From Utricularia gibba (Eukaryota > Plantae > Magnoliophyta), in the NCBI GenBank assembly GCA_002189035.1, contig NEEC01000004.1:5022001-5086000 (forward strand): DNA of 64,000 nucleotides, read 5' to 3'. The notes under the pieces were generated by a model that searched no databases, was not told the origin of the DNA, and saw nothing but the letters and a program-made list of their open reading frames with translations. This document shows, in pieces, positions 1 to 20,111 of this stretch (within the stretch, counting starts at the first letter, position 1; every line of letters starts with the position of its first letter). Made by a program: the position numbers and the translations under genes.

Positions 1-8158
<8,158 letters not shown>

Positions 8159-9677
8159 ATGATCCACCCAGATACCCGTCCTTCTTCCTCCTGATCTGCT
8201 GTAGCAGGAAACACAGATTTGAGCGGTTCAGGTTGTCAGCATTGCAGGCATGAACAGACCCCGGCCATTCGTCATAAATCCATAGCGGTTACCCGGAAAG
8301 CAGACATGGGAGGATTTTGGGTTGTGGTTTTGGAAGGTTAAGTTAGAGTCGTGCTTTTGTCCATAGGTCTCTGTAATTTTATGGCGGCTTGGAATCGGAG
8401 CAGTCCAGTCCAGTCCGATCCAATCCCTGCCGCCCAGTCCAAGGAATAAGCGAGTAGCAGCTCCGCTCCTGGTCTGTGCTCTACTTCGTGGTTTTTCTTA
8501 TAAATCCTATGGAATTATTCCGTTGAGCTTAATAAACCAAAAAGAAAGAAATGAAATGAATGCGGTCTGCGGTCTGCGGTCTGCAAGCGACATGGGCTAC
8601 TCTTGCGACGCGGTTGTCTGGCAAAGTCATCCCCCACCGCCCTGATGCTGCAACATGGCTTTCGCATTGAATGGTGTTCGTCCGCTATGTTGTCGGTGTG
8701 TTGGGAACAGCGCCTGGTCTGTTCTCCCCACCGCCCCACCCCACTCCAATCAAATGTGGAGGTCCGTGCAGTCGCAGTAGCTGGTTCACTCTCCCTTTCG
8801 AGTTAGATGATAGTTGAACATTGGACGAGATTTATTCTTGGAAGTAACAAGGAAAAGCTGATTCTAACGAAAAGAGAAACATGGTCTGCAACAACAACAA
8901 CAAGCATATGGAAAAAGGGGGGAAATGGCACAGCAGGAGCCATTCTACACAGCAAACCCCTGTTTGAGAGACCCGACTTTCATTTGCCATTCTACACTTC
9001 GTGTAACACTTTGTATCAAACGGAGCTGTGCGCCTAGGGATGTGGAATAGATTACTACAGCAGTGGAAGTCAACCTCAAGGGTTGAAAATGAATGAGTTG
9101 CATTCATCAATGGAAAAGGCGATATCAGAAGGTGCATGCGAAAACCTATCGAGCCCCTACCCAGCTCTTTTTTTTCTTTCACGCTTGCAGGTAACACGAG
9201 AGCGGGTGGGGTGCCCAGGACAACACTACAAAAACCGCATTAAATGTTCTTCTACGCTATTTTGTTTTCTTAAGAAAAGAAGTGATAGATAGCTATCCAT
9301 CTTTTGAGACTTCTACCTACTCCTGCTTCTGTCTATTCACTGGATCCCACACAACTGAGACAACGCCACCAAAACCAGGTGATGGCTTGACTTAGCACCA
9401 CAGAAACTGAGCAAATCCATCACCAAGCCCTCGCCGGCATCTTCAAACGCGTAGTAGTAGTAGTTGCAGAAAAGCACCCAGCCCCATGCGGCATGGCGTT
9501 AATGCCAACTGCTAAGGTGTGCCGGTGCATGTGCTGAACCATCCTAACACTGGACCAGACCACACCCCCCTACTCCATTGCTTCGTTTGGTTGCATTCCC
9601 TTAATCAATACACCCCACACAGTCACCCACATGGGCACTTCTGCAAGTGGGTAACCCCTTCCATACAATAATTGAAA

Positions 9678-9869
9678 AATCGGTGCCACTATCCATTTCT
9701 CTCTCAGACCCAAGCCCCCAATTCTCATTCTTGATTATCAGAATGAATTACGAAAGAATTCGCATTTAAAACATGGGAAGCATCACCCCATGTGGTCGCA
9801 GATGAAACATGAACAAATCGGTGGACCGTCGTTGCTACACCTGGACCACCATATTCACGGTGCTCGTGC
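9678..9869. repeat. ~190-bp element X, copy 1 (second copy at 16631-16902)
   Basis: ccatttctctctcagaccca...catgggaagcatcaccccatgtggtcgcagatgaaacatg...cctggaccaccatattca(c/t)ggtgctcgtgc occurs near-identically at both places. Confidence 0.9.
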
Positions 9870-10084
9870 TCTCTCGCACCCCACACCCAGCTTCAGTCTC
9901 TCCCCGACGCTCAGCCTGCTCGACGGCCGAACTCCCGACACCGGGAAACGGTGCGGTGGTGGGATCATGTGCCAAAATCCCGTTTTCATTGACATGATTC
10001 CCGGGGGGCTTGATGGACTCCGATATTATTTTAAACTATAATGTGTGTTTTATTTTATTAAAATAATATTTTTATAAAACATAA

Positions 10085-10800
10085 TTCAAAATTATTAAAC
10101 TTGATTCAATCTATTATAAGAATAGTTTAATCTAAATGCATGACTACACCATAACCCATTTTTAAAATAATGGACTTGAAACTATGAGTCTAGAAATTCA
10201 AATTCTCTGAATTACTCTAAATTTATTTTTATCTACAATAATATTTATTTTTAAATTTGTTTGTTATCTATCATATTAATTGTCTTATCACAATAATATT
10301 TGTCGATAGTTCATAAATTATACTTTATTTAATTTTATTTATAATGAACATTCAATTTATTTGACCCATTTGTAATTCATTTTAAAATTAAATATGATTC
10401 AATTTATTATAAAAAGAGTTTAACCTAAATACATAACAAAACCAAGTTTAATTCATTTTTAAAATAATGGACTTGAAAACTTCTAGTTTAGAACCTCAAA
10501 TCAATTGATTACTCAATATTTTTTTATCATGAAATATTTTTTTTGAAGATAAAAATTAGCTAGTGTACTGGGGTTCTAATTACAAAATTTTAAGTTATTC
10601 TTTAAAGCATTTAATAAACTTACCATATCATTTGGATTGTTGGTAGTTCATAAATTATACTTTATATAATAAACGTTCAATTTATTTGACCGTTTGTCAT
10701 TCAGTTTAAAATGAAATTCAATTTAATTTATTATAAACTTTAAATTCTAAATCCTTAAACCTAATAAATTTCTAATTTAGAACCTCAAATCAATTGATGA
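10085..10800. repeat. Diverged AT-rich tandem repeat, ~2-2.5 copies of a ~290-340-bp unit
   Basis: Recurring blocks: tgattcaat..tattata / catttttaaaataatggacttgaaa (~10100-10180, ~10415-10480); tagttcataaattatacttta..ttcaatttatttgacc (~10305, ~10644); tttagaacctcaaatcaattgat (~10488, ~10777). Confidence 0.7.
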
Positions 10801-11077
10801 CTCCACATGCTCCATGATGTGGGTGGCTTTGGACAAGGACAATGTATTATTATTACTATTGTTATTATTATTGTTATTATTCTTATTATTGTGGTGGATT
10901 ATTGGTGTTGCCCTTCCCTGTAATGATGAACGCAAATGAGATAGATTTCTACTCAGGCACTGCACTGCGCTCATCGCAGTTATGGTTTTCGGTAGGAGAA
11001 TAATTTAAGAGCGACCGCGACCAACACTCGCTTCCATTGTTAAATGCGCACACTCGCCTACCTTTTTTTCCTTCTCA

Positions 11078-11091
11078 GGGCTCTATAAGAA
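11078..11091 (+). promoter_or_regulatory. TATA-box variant GGGCTCTATAAGAA upstream of WSD copy A
   Basis: About 55 bp before the ATG. The same GGG(C/G)TCTATAAGAA precedes copies B and C. Confidence 0.7.
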
Positions 11092-11143
11092 CTCGCTCGC
11101 ACGCGACAAATGCACACACAGGAGGAAAAGAGACGACCCACAA

Positions 11144-13476
11144 ATGGCAGCGGTGCCTGACTCAGAAGCCGCCACTCCCTTCACACGGGTGATGCAGACG
11201 TCGTACTTCAATCTCACCGTCATCGCCGTCATGGGTTTCACTTCTCCGGTGGATATCGCCGCCCTCAGGCATGACGTGTCGGAGAAACTGGTTAAGCATC
11301 CCCGCTTCTCGAGCCTCCTTGTAGGTGACAGACTCTCTTGCTCTCGCTCTACTAGTCTTTTCTCTCGGGGTTTCAGGCCTTCATTCCTTCCGGGTTTGTG
11401 AGTGTTTGATATTTTCTTCAAGAGTTGTCAGGCTGAACGTGCCCCAGTGGAGTTTATTACTACTAAAATTTTTTTTCGTTTGAAGATTGTCCAAGTGAAA
11501 CTGGGTCAAATTTCTTTGTCTCTGATATGCGTTGTATCGTGTTTTCTGTAACAAAAATCAATACAAAAGGTCCCATAAATATGTGGTAGGTGACAAGAAT
11601 TTACTTTCATCTACTGCAAGGGCCGCGGTTGGTCGAATTGAATCGAATCACTACCTTCAACTTGAATGATGACTTTCCTTTCCCATGATCAACCGGAATC
11701 ATTTCCTGTTTAATGAAGCATTATTTAGTAGGAAATGAGGAAACTTCTGCCTGCATGATGATGAATTTTCTACTGGTTGTTGCCTCAGGTTATGGAGGAC
11801 GAGAAACGTTGCAAAATGTCATGGAAGCCAACGGAAGTGAGGATCGATGATCATGTCTTTGAGCACGAGATAGACCCGGAGCTGGACATCAAACAGGCGG
11901 ACATTTTCCTGGAACAGTTCACCAGCACCTTGTCTCAGAAGCCCTTGGACCCTTCCAAGCCCCTGTGGGAAATCCATCTCCTCAACATGAAAACTGCGGA
12001 CTCGAACGCCACTGTGGTGTTCAAAATTCATCATTCTTTGGGAGACGGCGTTTCGCTCATCTCCATCGTTTTGGCCGTCGGGTGCAAAAGCTCCGACCCG
12101 GAAGCGTTGCCGGTTCTTCCGAAGAGCACGAAGCGGGGAAGTTGGAAGAGTAAAAGGGGTTGCCTGAACGCCTTCTTTTCGTTGATTTGGACAGCGATTC
12201 TGATGATTTATTACACCGTCGTCGACTCCTTGGTAATGGTTGCCTCTGTAATGTCCTTAAGAGACTCCGACAATCCTCTTAAAGGTGGAGAAGGAATCGA
12301 ACATTCTCCCAAGAGATTCGTGCACAGAATCCTCAACATGGACGACGTTAGACTCATCAAGAACACAATGGAAACGGTAAATTTTTATTCAAGCAGATTA
12401 TTACTGTTCACAAGGGTAACTCTTTATTTGTTTTTTGATGTTACAGACGGTTAACGATGTCTTCTTCGGAGTCACAGAGGCAGCCATCACGCGTTACCTC
12501 CTGAGGAGATACGGTGGTTTTCTGAAATTTCACTTTTCCTTTTACCCTTTTACTGATTAGGGGGATCTCTTTTTTTTTTTTTTTAACCTCAGATAAAGAT
12601 GCAGTAAACGGTGAAAAGGAAGCTGTAAAGAAGAAACTCAGAAAGCTTCGTATGAGAGCCGCTGTCTGCTTTAACATGAGACCGTCGGCAACCATTCAAG
12701 TAACTCTGAAAATTATTTACATCTTTTTGGAACGGAATCTGCAGCAAACCTCCCTAACAGATCGGGTTTCGTGATCCAGGATGCGTACAAGGTGATGCAT
12801 GGCGACAAGAAACTAGATGCGAAGACATGGGGAAACATGGTGAGCTTCGTCTTAATTCCGATGAAGCTCCACGTTCATGAAGATCCCCTGTGTTATCTGC
12901 GTGATGCGAAGGCGCTCCTGAACCGGAAGAAGATTTCCGCTCAGTCCATCATCGGGTACCATCTCATGAGGCACGTCATCCGTACGTTTGGCATCATGGT
13001 AAGCTGGAAGTTCCTTCCGTCAATCAGGCTACCGTGCGTGCATTTGAGCTGATGGTGCTGATGCGTGCAGGCCGGCGGTTTCGTGATCAACAGACTTCAC
13101 CAAAACATATCGTTCGATATCTCCAGCGTGATGGGCCCGAGGGAGGAGATGAACCTCTTTGGATCTCCGGTCGCCTACTTGGCCCCTTCCGTCGCCGGAA
13201 TGCCGGTGGTATGCCCTTTTGGCGATGCTTATCCTAACCTGAGTCGATTGGGTCGACGAGGGTACTTGATTTGCTCTTATATAACACGAGTATATCGCGT
13301 TGCAGTCTACCCTGATTCACTTCCAGAGCTTCGGCGACAAGCTCATATTATCCCTCGCCCTGGACGAGAAGCTGGTCCCCGATCCCCAGCAGCTGTGCGA
13401 CGATTTCCAGCACTCCCTCCTGTCGATCAGAGATGCGGTGGTGAGAAGCAGCAGCCATGGAAACAGCCTCAAATGA
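11144..13476 (+). CDS. WSD1: Wax ester synthase/diacylglycerol acyltransferase (WSD1-like), copy A
   Basis: KHPRFSSLL, LDPSKPLWEIHLLN, catalytic HHxxxDG motif (KIHHSLGDGVSL), TVNDVFFGVTEAA, WGNMVSF, SSVMGPREE, HFQSFGDKLILSLALDEKLVPDPQQLCDDF, ending SHGNSLK*. Exons splice with GT-AG. Confidence 0.93.
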
Positions 13477-14804
13477 CACAACCTCCGAGCACGGCGGCGA
13501 AATCCAACTACAGATGGGGTATGCGCTTTGGAAGATCCACTGCGATAAGTACAGATGATTGCATGAGGCTTCGTTGCCGCTTTTGGAAGATCCACTGCGC
13601 CGGCAACAGGAATGCTATTGTTGTATAAATAATTCAACGTGAATCATGCATGGCATAAGTTTCCAAAATTGGATGAACAATCAATCCCTAATTCACCCAA
13701 AATAGTTAATGTGAGGTTGTTTCATGTATGTGTGACTCGCTCACAATTTTTTATATTAAATTAATAATAATAGTACGAATTAATAATCTTATTAATACCA
13801 TTTTTGTTTTTGTTTTCTGGAGGATCCACGCCATCTCAATTGATCTCTATAAATAAAATAATGATTCTGTATTTCCAAAATAAAAAATGTTCTAATAAAA
13901 TGAAAAAATATTTTTTATTGACATATAAATTAATAATTTTATCATTTCATATACTTAAATACAGATCATAAAAAAGGCGGGCCTGATGGATCATGGGCCA
14001 CAATCTACCAGTCTTTGTAGGGGCCGGACCGACGCCAATCAAGAAAATAAATTGGATTGTTGGTTTTTAATTTACCACTTTTGGTATAGATTGAAGATTT
14101 ATTTATTTAAGCATATTTGTTTTTTGTTTTTAGAAAGTACTCATGGTAAAATATGATTTGATGATCTGTCGCTTATTAAAAATAAAAAAATTGTATATTT
14201 TTAAATTAAAAATTATTTGTATTTAAAATAAAACTATTTATGAAGTATTTCTTTAAAGGTCAAAATTGTTTTCAATAGAATCTGAGTCGTAAAATTTAGA
14301 TTATGAATTACACTTAGGTATCACGGTTTAAGGTTTGAACATGAGTTCTTGTAAACCCGGATCCGATTCATACCAACTCATTTCAATTGATACACCATTG
14401 TCTATAAGATTTTTAAATTATATTAGCAATCTTATAAAACCTATAATTTTTTGATGTGATACGATAGTTTTTTCTAAGTTTAAGGTATGATATTATCTAT
14501 TTTAAATATTCATTTCTTACGATTTTACATTTTTTTTAATATTTGATGAATCTGGTAATTCTAAGTTACCTTCATTGTATATCCTAATTATAATAAAAAC
14601 AAGAAAAGACAAATTCAATTCCTCGCTGCCAAAGGAGGTGATCGTGTTCAACGCTAGAAGTAAAGACCGCTGAGGTACTTTCCCGTAGAGGAAACCCCAG
14701 CCCGTTTGTCCCACATTTTCATGGGGCATGTGGGATGCTGCTCCGCCATTCGTTACCATATGGAATATACATGCAAACGCAGCATTTGCCTCACGAAAAC
14801 ACCC
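13264..14804. repeat. Segmental duplication, copy 1: WSD-A last exon, 3'UTR and downstream flank
   Basis: Colinear near-identity with 17161-19067, e.g. acttgatttgctcttatataacacgag, gtgaatcatgcatggcataagtttcc, cccggatccgat, aattcctcgctgccaaaggaggtgat, gaggaaaccccag. Confidence 0.92.
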
Positions 14805-14989
14805 ATTATTGAAATTCAGGATCTGATGCGTCAGCTGAACGTACACGTGAAACTTAAATATATAAAAAACGTGAATCATAATAGAAAAAATTAGATTCAA
14901 TCGATTATTAATGATATATAGTTTCTTATATATTTGATTATTTTATTTTCATTTTTTGATGTGAGATTATGTATTCTAACACTTATAAT

Positions 14990-16270
14990 GGTGGCTTGTT
15001 TCTTGATATCCCAAGAAATCAATCAATCTCTCAAAAACATGCAATACCAAGTAACGTACTTGTGAGTAAAATTACATGCTCCCAGTCAGTATCACAATAT
15101 TCAGAAAGGGTGAGATTCCGATTTAGTGGATAAAAGAGTACGTGAGAGGCAGTACGAGATAGATAACTCATAACGTGCCTGGCAGTTTGTATATGCTCCT
15201 CGTGGGATGGTGCAGGAACTACGAAAGCTATTGAACCGGAAAGGCTATGTCAGGGCATGTAAAATTGAGATATAATAAATTCCCAATCAAGGCATGATAA
15301 GCTTCAGGATTGGGAAGGGGAGTATTGTCATCAGTAAACTTAAAGTTAGGAGGCAGGGTGCAAGGACCTCATGCTTCTACAGATCACACAAATCAGCACT
15401 CTGTATAATATCCAGCATGTACTTTTGCTAAGAAAGATGCAACCCTGTCTCAGTGTAGATAAGTTCAACACCAAGGAAGAAATGCACGGGTCCAAGATCC
15501 TTGATAGTGAATTAGAGATGTAATTGTTCCTTCAACAGTGTAATTGCAGTAAGGTTGGGTCCAATCACCAAAATGTCATCGACATAGATTAATAAGGCCA
15601 AGAAGTAGCCAGAGGGGTCTTGACAAACAGACATGGGTCAGATATCGATTGAGCAAACATAAGAGTGTGAAGAAACTGAGTCAGCTTTAGATTCCACTAC
15701 ATGGAGGCCTGCTTGAGACCGTAGAGAGAACGCTGTAATTTACAGACCAATCTATTTGCTACCGCATAGCCAGAAGGTACCTCCATGTAGATTTTCTCAT
15801 CAAAATAACCATGTAAGAATGCATTATTGATATCTACCTAGTGTACTAGTTGTGATGTGCACAAATGATCAACAAAATGCGCACCTTAGTAATCTTAGCC
15901 ATTGGTGCAAACCAATCCTTGAAGTTCACTCCCTCCATCTATGTGTGGTCCTTGGCTACACTGCATGCTTTATATCGTGCAATGGAACCATCTGCATTGT
16001 AATTCTTGTGACATGGTAATTTCCCGGACAGGGATCCCCTTACCCTGCTCATGGGTGGGAGGCTCATCGAATAAAAAAGACAGCTCAGGGGTGACTACAT
16101 CAAGGATATGGAGCTGAAGAGCGACATAATCCTGCATCCACTGAGGCGGCCGAACAGTTCGTGGTGATTCAAGCTTTGAGCAGGACTCTATCACTCGCAC
16201 ATGCTGCTACTGTTCCTTATTTGAATCGGATATCTCCAGACACTTAAGATTTGGAGTTTGTCATTAGATG
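14990..16270 (-). mobile_element. Degenerate Ty1/Copia retrotransposon pol fragment (integrase C-terminus, RT, start of RNase H)
   Basis: Minus-strand translation, with stops and frameshifts, gives [60 protein letters not shown] and ISWDIKKQAT. No LTRs seen. Confidence 0.9.
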
Positions 16271-16421
16271 GTTTGGGGATCCCACTACTCGAAGGAAAGA
16301 TGGGGGAAGCGAGTGGCGTAGCCTCATATCCGATCTGGTTGCTTTGCCTTGCTTTGCTTTTGGAGGCCGTAGCATGGCTATATATCATCACTGCACTATC
16401 CTCCACGTGTCTTCAACCCAT

Positions 16422-16589
16422 CAAAGCTTTGGCAACAAGCTCGTAGTATCCTCGTCTCTGGATGAGAAACTGATCCCGGATCCTCACCAGCTCTGCGATG
16501 ACTTCCAGCACTCCCTCTAGCTGATCACAGACGCCGTGATGAAGAAGGCCATGGATGCCGAATCAGGAGCAAATTCACTCAGTGACTGA
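16422..16589 (+). pseudogene. Orphan last exon of a WSD copy-B-type gene
   Basis: Nearly identical to 22217-22384 (QSFGNKL..LDEKLIPDP.QLCDDFQHSL..ITDAVMKK..AESG.NSLSD*), including the 3'UTR. Has an in-frame TAG at 16518-16520 and no upstream exons. Confidence 0.9.
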
Positions 16590-16630
16590 AGCATGGATCA
16601 GATGCTGATGGAAACACATGTTTCAATTTC

Positions 16631-16902
16631 AAATCGGTGTTCTTAACACTCCCAGGCCATACTCTCCATTTCTCTCTCAGACCCAACCCCCCAATTCTTA
16701 TTCTTGATTATCAGAATGAATCATGTAAACAGAGTCGCTGTTGGAGGCATATAAAAACAATATATGTGCCTCGTTTGGTACAACAAAAGAATACGCATTT
16801 AAAACATGGGAAGCATCACCCCATGTGGTCGCAGATGAAACATGACCAAATTGGTGGACTGTCGTTGCTACACCTGGACCACCATATTCATGGTGCTCGT
16901 GC
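16631..16902. repeat. Element X, copy 2, with an extra ~60 bp
   Basis: Matches 9678-9869; carries extra sequence catgtaaacagag...tggtacaaca. Confidence 0.88.
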
Positions 16903-17160
16903 ATAAAAGTATTTTTATAAATGATGAGTATTTAGCTTGCCAGGCCCATTTGGAGGAGTTGGGATACAGCACAATCAGGTTCAGCTCCCTTGAATTCCCT
17001 TTTCTCTTCTTGCTTTCAGTTTGGCCCATGTAGCTTGCCCGGACAGGTTCTTCGCCGCACTTGGGCGATTCATCACATTCACTGCACTGCTTCATGTCGT
17101 GATGCATTTTGTCTTCTGGGTTTGGATTCGCGTCAGACATATCATCTTGCACCTTCAGAC

Positions 17161-17360
17161 ACTTGATTTGCTCTTATATAACACGAGTATACGGTGTTGC
17201 AGTCTACCCTGATCCACTTCCAATCCTTCGGCGACAAGCTCATATTATCCCTCGCCCTGGACGAGAAGCTGGTCCCGATCCCCAGCAGCTGTGCGACGAT
17301 TTCCAGCACTCCCTCCTGTCGATCAGAGACGCGGTGGTGAGAAGCAACAGCCTCAAATGA
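17161..17360 (+). pseudogene. Orphan last exon of a WSD copy-A-type gene
   Basis: Matches 13264-13476 (part of the last intron plus the last exon), with a 12-nt deletion and one C fewer in gtcccc. No upstream exons. Confidence 0.9.
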
Positions 17361-19067
17361 CACAACCTCCGAGCACGGCGGCGAAATCCAACTACAGATG
17401 GGGTATGCGCTTTGGAAGATCCACTGCGCCGGCAACGGGAATGCTATTGTTGTATAAATAATTCAACGTGAATCATGCATGGCATAAGTTTCCAAAATTG
17501 GATGAACAATCAATCCCTAATTCACCCAAAATAGATAATATGAGGTTGTTTCATGTACATATGACACGCTCACAGTTTTTTATGGGCCGTTTCCGACACA
17601 TTTATATTAAAATCATATTATATTAATAATAATAGTTCGAATGTATAATCTTATTATTAACATTTTTGCATTTTTGTTTTTTGGAGGAACCACGCCATCT
17701 CAATTGATCTCTATAAATAAAATAAAATAGAATAAATAATAATTCTGTAATTTCAGAATGAAGAAATGTTATAGTGGAATGAAAAATTATTTTTTATTGA
17801 CATATAAATTAATAATAATTTTATCATTACATATACTAAAAAAAGGCAGGCCTGGTGGATCATGGCCCATGATCCACCAGTCTTTGTATGGGGCGGACAG
17901 ACTCCAATCCTATGTTGCACAAAGATGGGTGCAAGTTGTGTGGGTGCGAGATTAGTTGATTTTAGGAATTAGATTTTTAGGGTATGTTAAATGTACATTA
18001 TTTTAAAATATATATATACATTAAAATAAAATTAATTTATTAAATATAATAACTAATTTTAAAACATTCATTAACAACTAAAAGGTAATATAAAAAAACT
18101 TGAAACAATATAATAAAATTTTTCAATATAACAAAATATGATTAAATTGCACTAACCTAAACATCAAAGTCATCATGTAATCCTAAATCAAAGTCTTCAT
18201 CGGTGATTCCGCTTCCATTATCATTCCCTTATTCTTCTTCATACAATGAGACATCCTAAGACTCATCAAGGAAATAAATTGGATTGGGCCTTGGGGGTTG
18301 GTTTCTAATTTACCACTTTTCGTTTAGATTGAGGATGTTTTTAAGTACTTATCGTAATGATGATGTGTGGCTTATTAAAAATAAAAAATAATTAAATATT
18401 TTTATGTTTTTTAAAGTAGAAATTGTTTGTATTTAATAACAAAACTATTTATGAAATATTTCTTTAAAGATCGAAATTGTTATAAATAGAATCTGAGTGG
18501 TAAAATTTTGACTATAAATTAAACTTAGGCATCATGGTTTAGGGTTTGAACATGAGTTATAGTAAGCCCGGATCCGATCCGACTCATTTTGATTGTTACA
18601 CCATTATCTATATGATTTTTAGATTATATTAGCGATCTTGTAAAGTTTATAATTTTTCGATGTGATACCATAATTTTTTTTCTTACTTCATTTCTATGAT
18701 AATATCTATTTTAAATATTCGTTTATCATGATTATATATTCGTTGCAATATTTGAGTGAGGGAAGAGAGAACTCGAAGTTACTCTCATTGTATAGCAAGT
18801 GGCAAGTTTCTAATTAAAAAAAGAAAAGAAAAGACAAACTTAATTCCTCGCTGCCAAAGGAGGTGATGGTGTTAAATGCCACCTACCAAAGAAAGTGATC
18901 ACGCTTGAAATAAAGACCGCTGAGATATTTTCCCGTAGAGGAAACCCCAGCCTGATTGTCCCACATTTTCATGGCGCATGTGGGATGCAGCTCCGCCATT
19001 CGTCAAGCATCTCCATTCCCATATGTGATATGCATGCACACGCAGCATTTTCCTCACCAAAACACCC
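17161..19067. repeat. Segmental duplication, copy 2, with a ~360-bp insertion at ~17910-18267
   Basis: Colinear with 13264-14804. Confidence 0.9.
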
Positions 19068-19450
19068 CCTTCCCTTCCCTGCCCACAAACAAAGAATAAG
19101 TTGCCTGCAACCCCGTTTTACCCCAATCTGATACACTGCTTCGCCATGGCTCTCAGAGGACTCCAATGGGATCCGCCTGCGTGCCCTTTCCGACGCCTTG
19201 CCAGAGGTAGGAGATGACAATGCCCGTATGTTCGGAGGAGGAGAAACAGGCCACATGGGACAATGCAAAGCCACATCTTGGGAAATGATTAGAGTAAAGC
19301 AGATACACCTCCAATGTCTTGCTTTCAGCCTCCCCATGTGATCTCCTGCCAGAGATGTAGCGAAACCATCCATCGCGCGGCTGCCGGTTTTTGGAGGGAG
19401 GGTCTACCAAGTTATCCAGGAGGGCCTTTCATTTTTAAAGCCGACAGACA
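18950..19450 (-). mobile_element. Probable degenerate LINE (L1-like) fragment from the region C-terminal to RT
   Basis: Across frames: G*LGRPSLQKPAAARW (like YLGLPL), RLKARHW..TLIIS (like GWKAR..TLIKS), SYLWQG (like FLWGG), QIGVK (like GLGIR). Weak, by-eye similarity only. Confidence 0.4.
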
Positions 19451-20055
19451 TCATATCCATCCACCTGTGCTTGCCCTGTACATACCACATTTGTATCTGT
19501 AGAGCATCAATTTCGGTTAAAAACAAAAAGCTAACGCATCGCAGGTTTTAAGACATGCATTTTAATATTTATGTTGTAAAAAAAGCATATAACAACATGA
19601 GCAGATTGGCGACAATCTATAAATTGATTTTCTTTGTACGGTTGATTGAATAAACTTAAGGAAATGAGAACTAGCAGCTTGCACAAATTGAAAAACTCTA
19701 TTTGCACGTTTTTTTTATTGTTGATATCAATTAAGATTACCAAATATATTGGTTTTTGATTTACACTTAAATATATGATGGATCATACCCATCATATATT
19801 TCACTTCTAAATACTAATATTTAATTGCTTGTTTCAATATTTAGTACTCGTATTTGATGATAACTTATAAGCTGTAAGTTATTATTTAACTTGTTTAAAA
19901 TATGCGTCATTCCTTTGATTTTAAATAGTATAAAATTTCTTTAATTGTTTACATGTGTTGAATTAGGATTGGGTGGGTTTTACATTATAAAATACATGGA
20001 TAATTGAGTTAGGTACAGGGAAAATCAATTTAATTTGTTTTTATTTTGTATTAAT

Positions 20056-20069
20056 GGGGTCTATAAGAA
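20056..20069 (+). promoter_or_regulatory. TATA-box variant GGGGTCTATAAGAA upstream of WSD copy B
   Basis: About 45 bp before the ATG at 20112; shared with copies A and C. Confidence 0.7.
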
Positions 20070-20111
20070 GAATGCATGCAATGAGCGGTCCAGCAGAATC
20101 TCAATACACAA

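Noticed and set aside
8400-8590. Short repeats (CAGTC)n and (GCGGTCT)3
   Set aside because: Simple low-copy repeats near the 3'UTR; no spacers, so not CRISPR-like.
9770-9870. Cys-rich minus-strand reading (RCSNDGPPICSCF) in element X, resembling an S-domain/EGF motif
   Set aside because: Too short, interrupted by stops, and no flanking exons support it.
10845-10892. Poly-Asn ORF at 10777-10974
   Set aside because: It is only the translation of a degenerate (ATT)n microsatellite.
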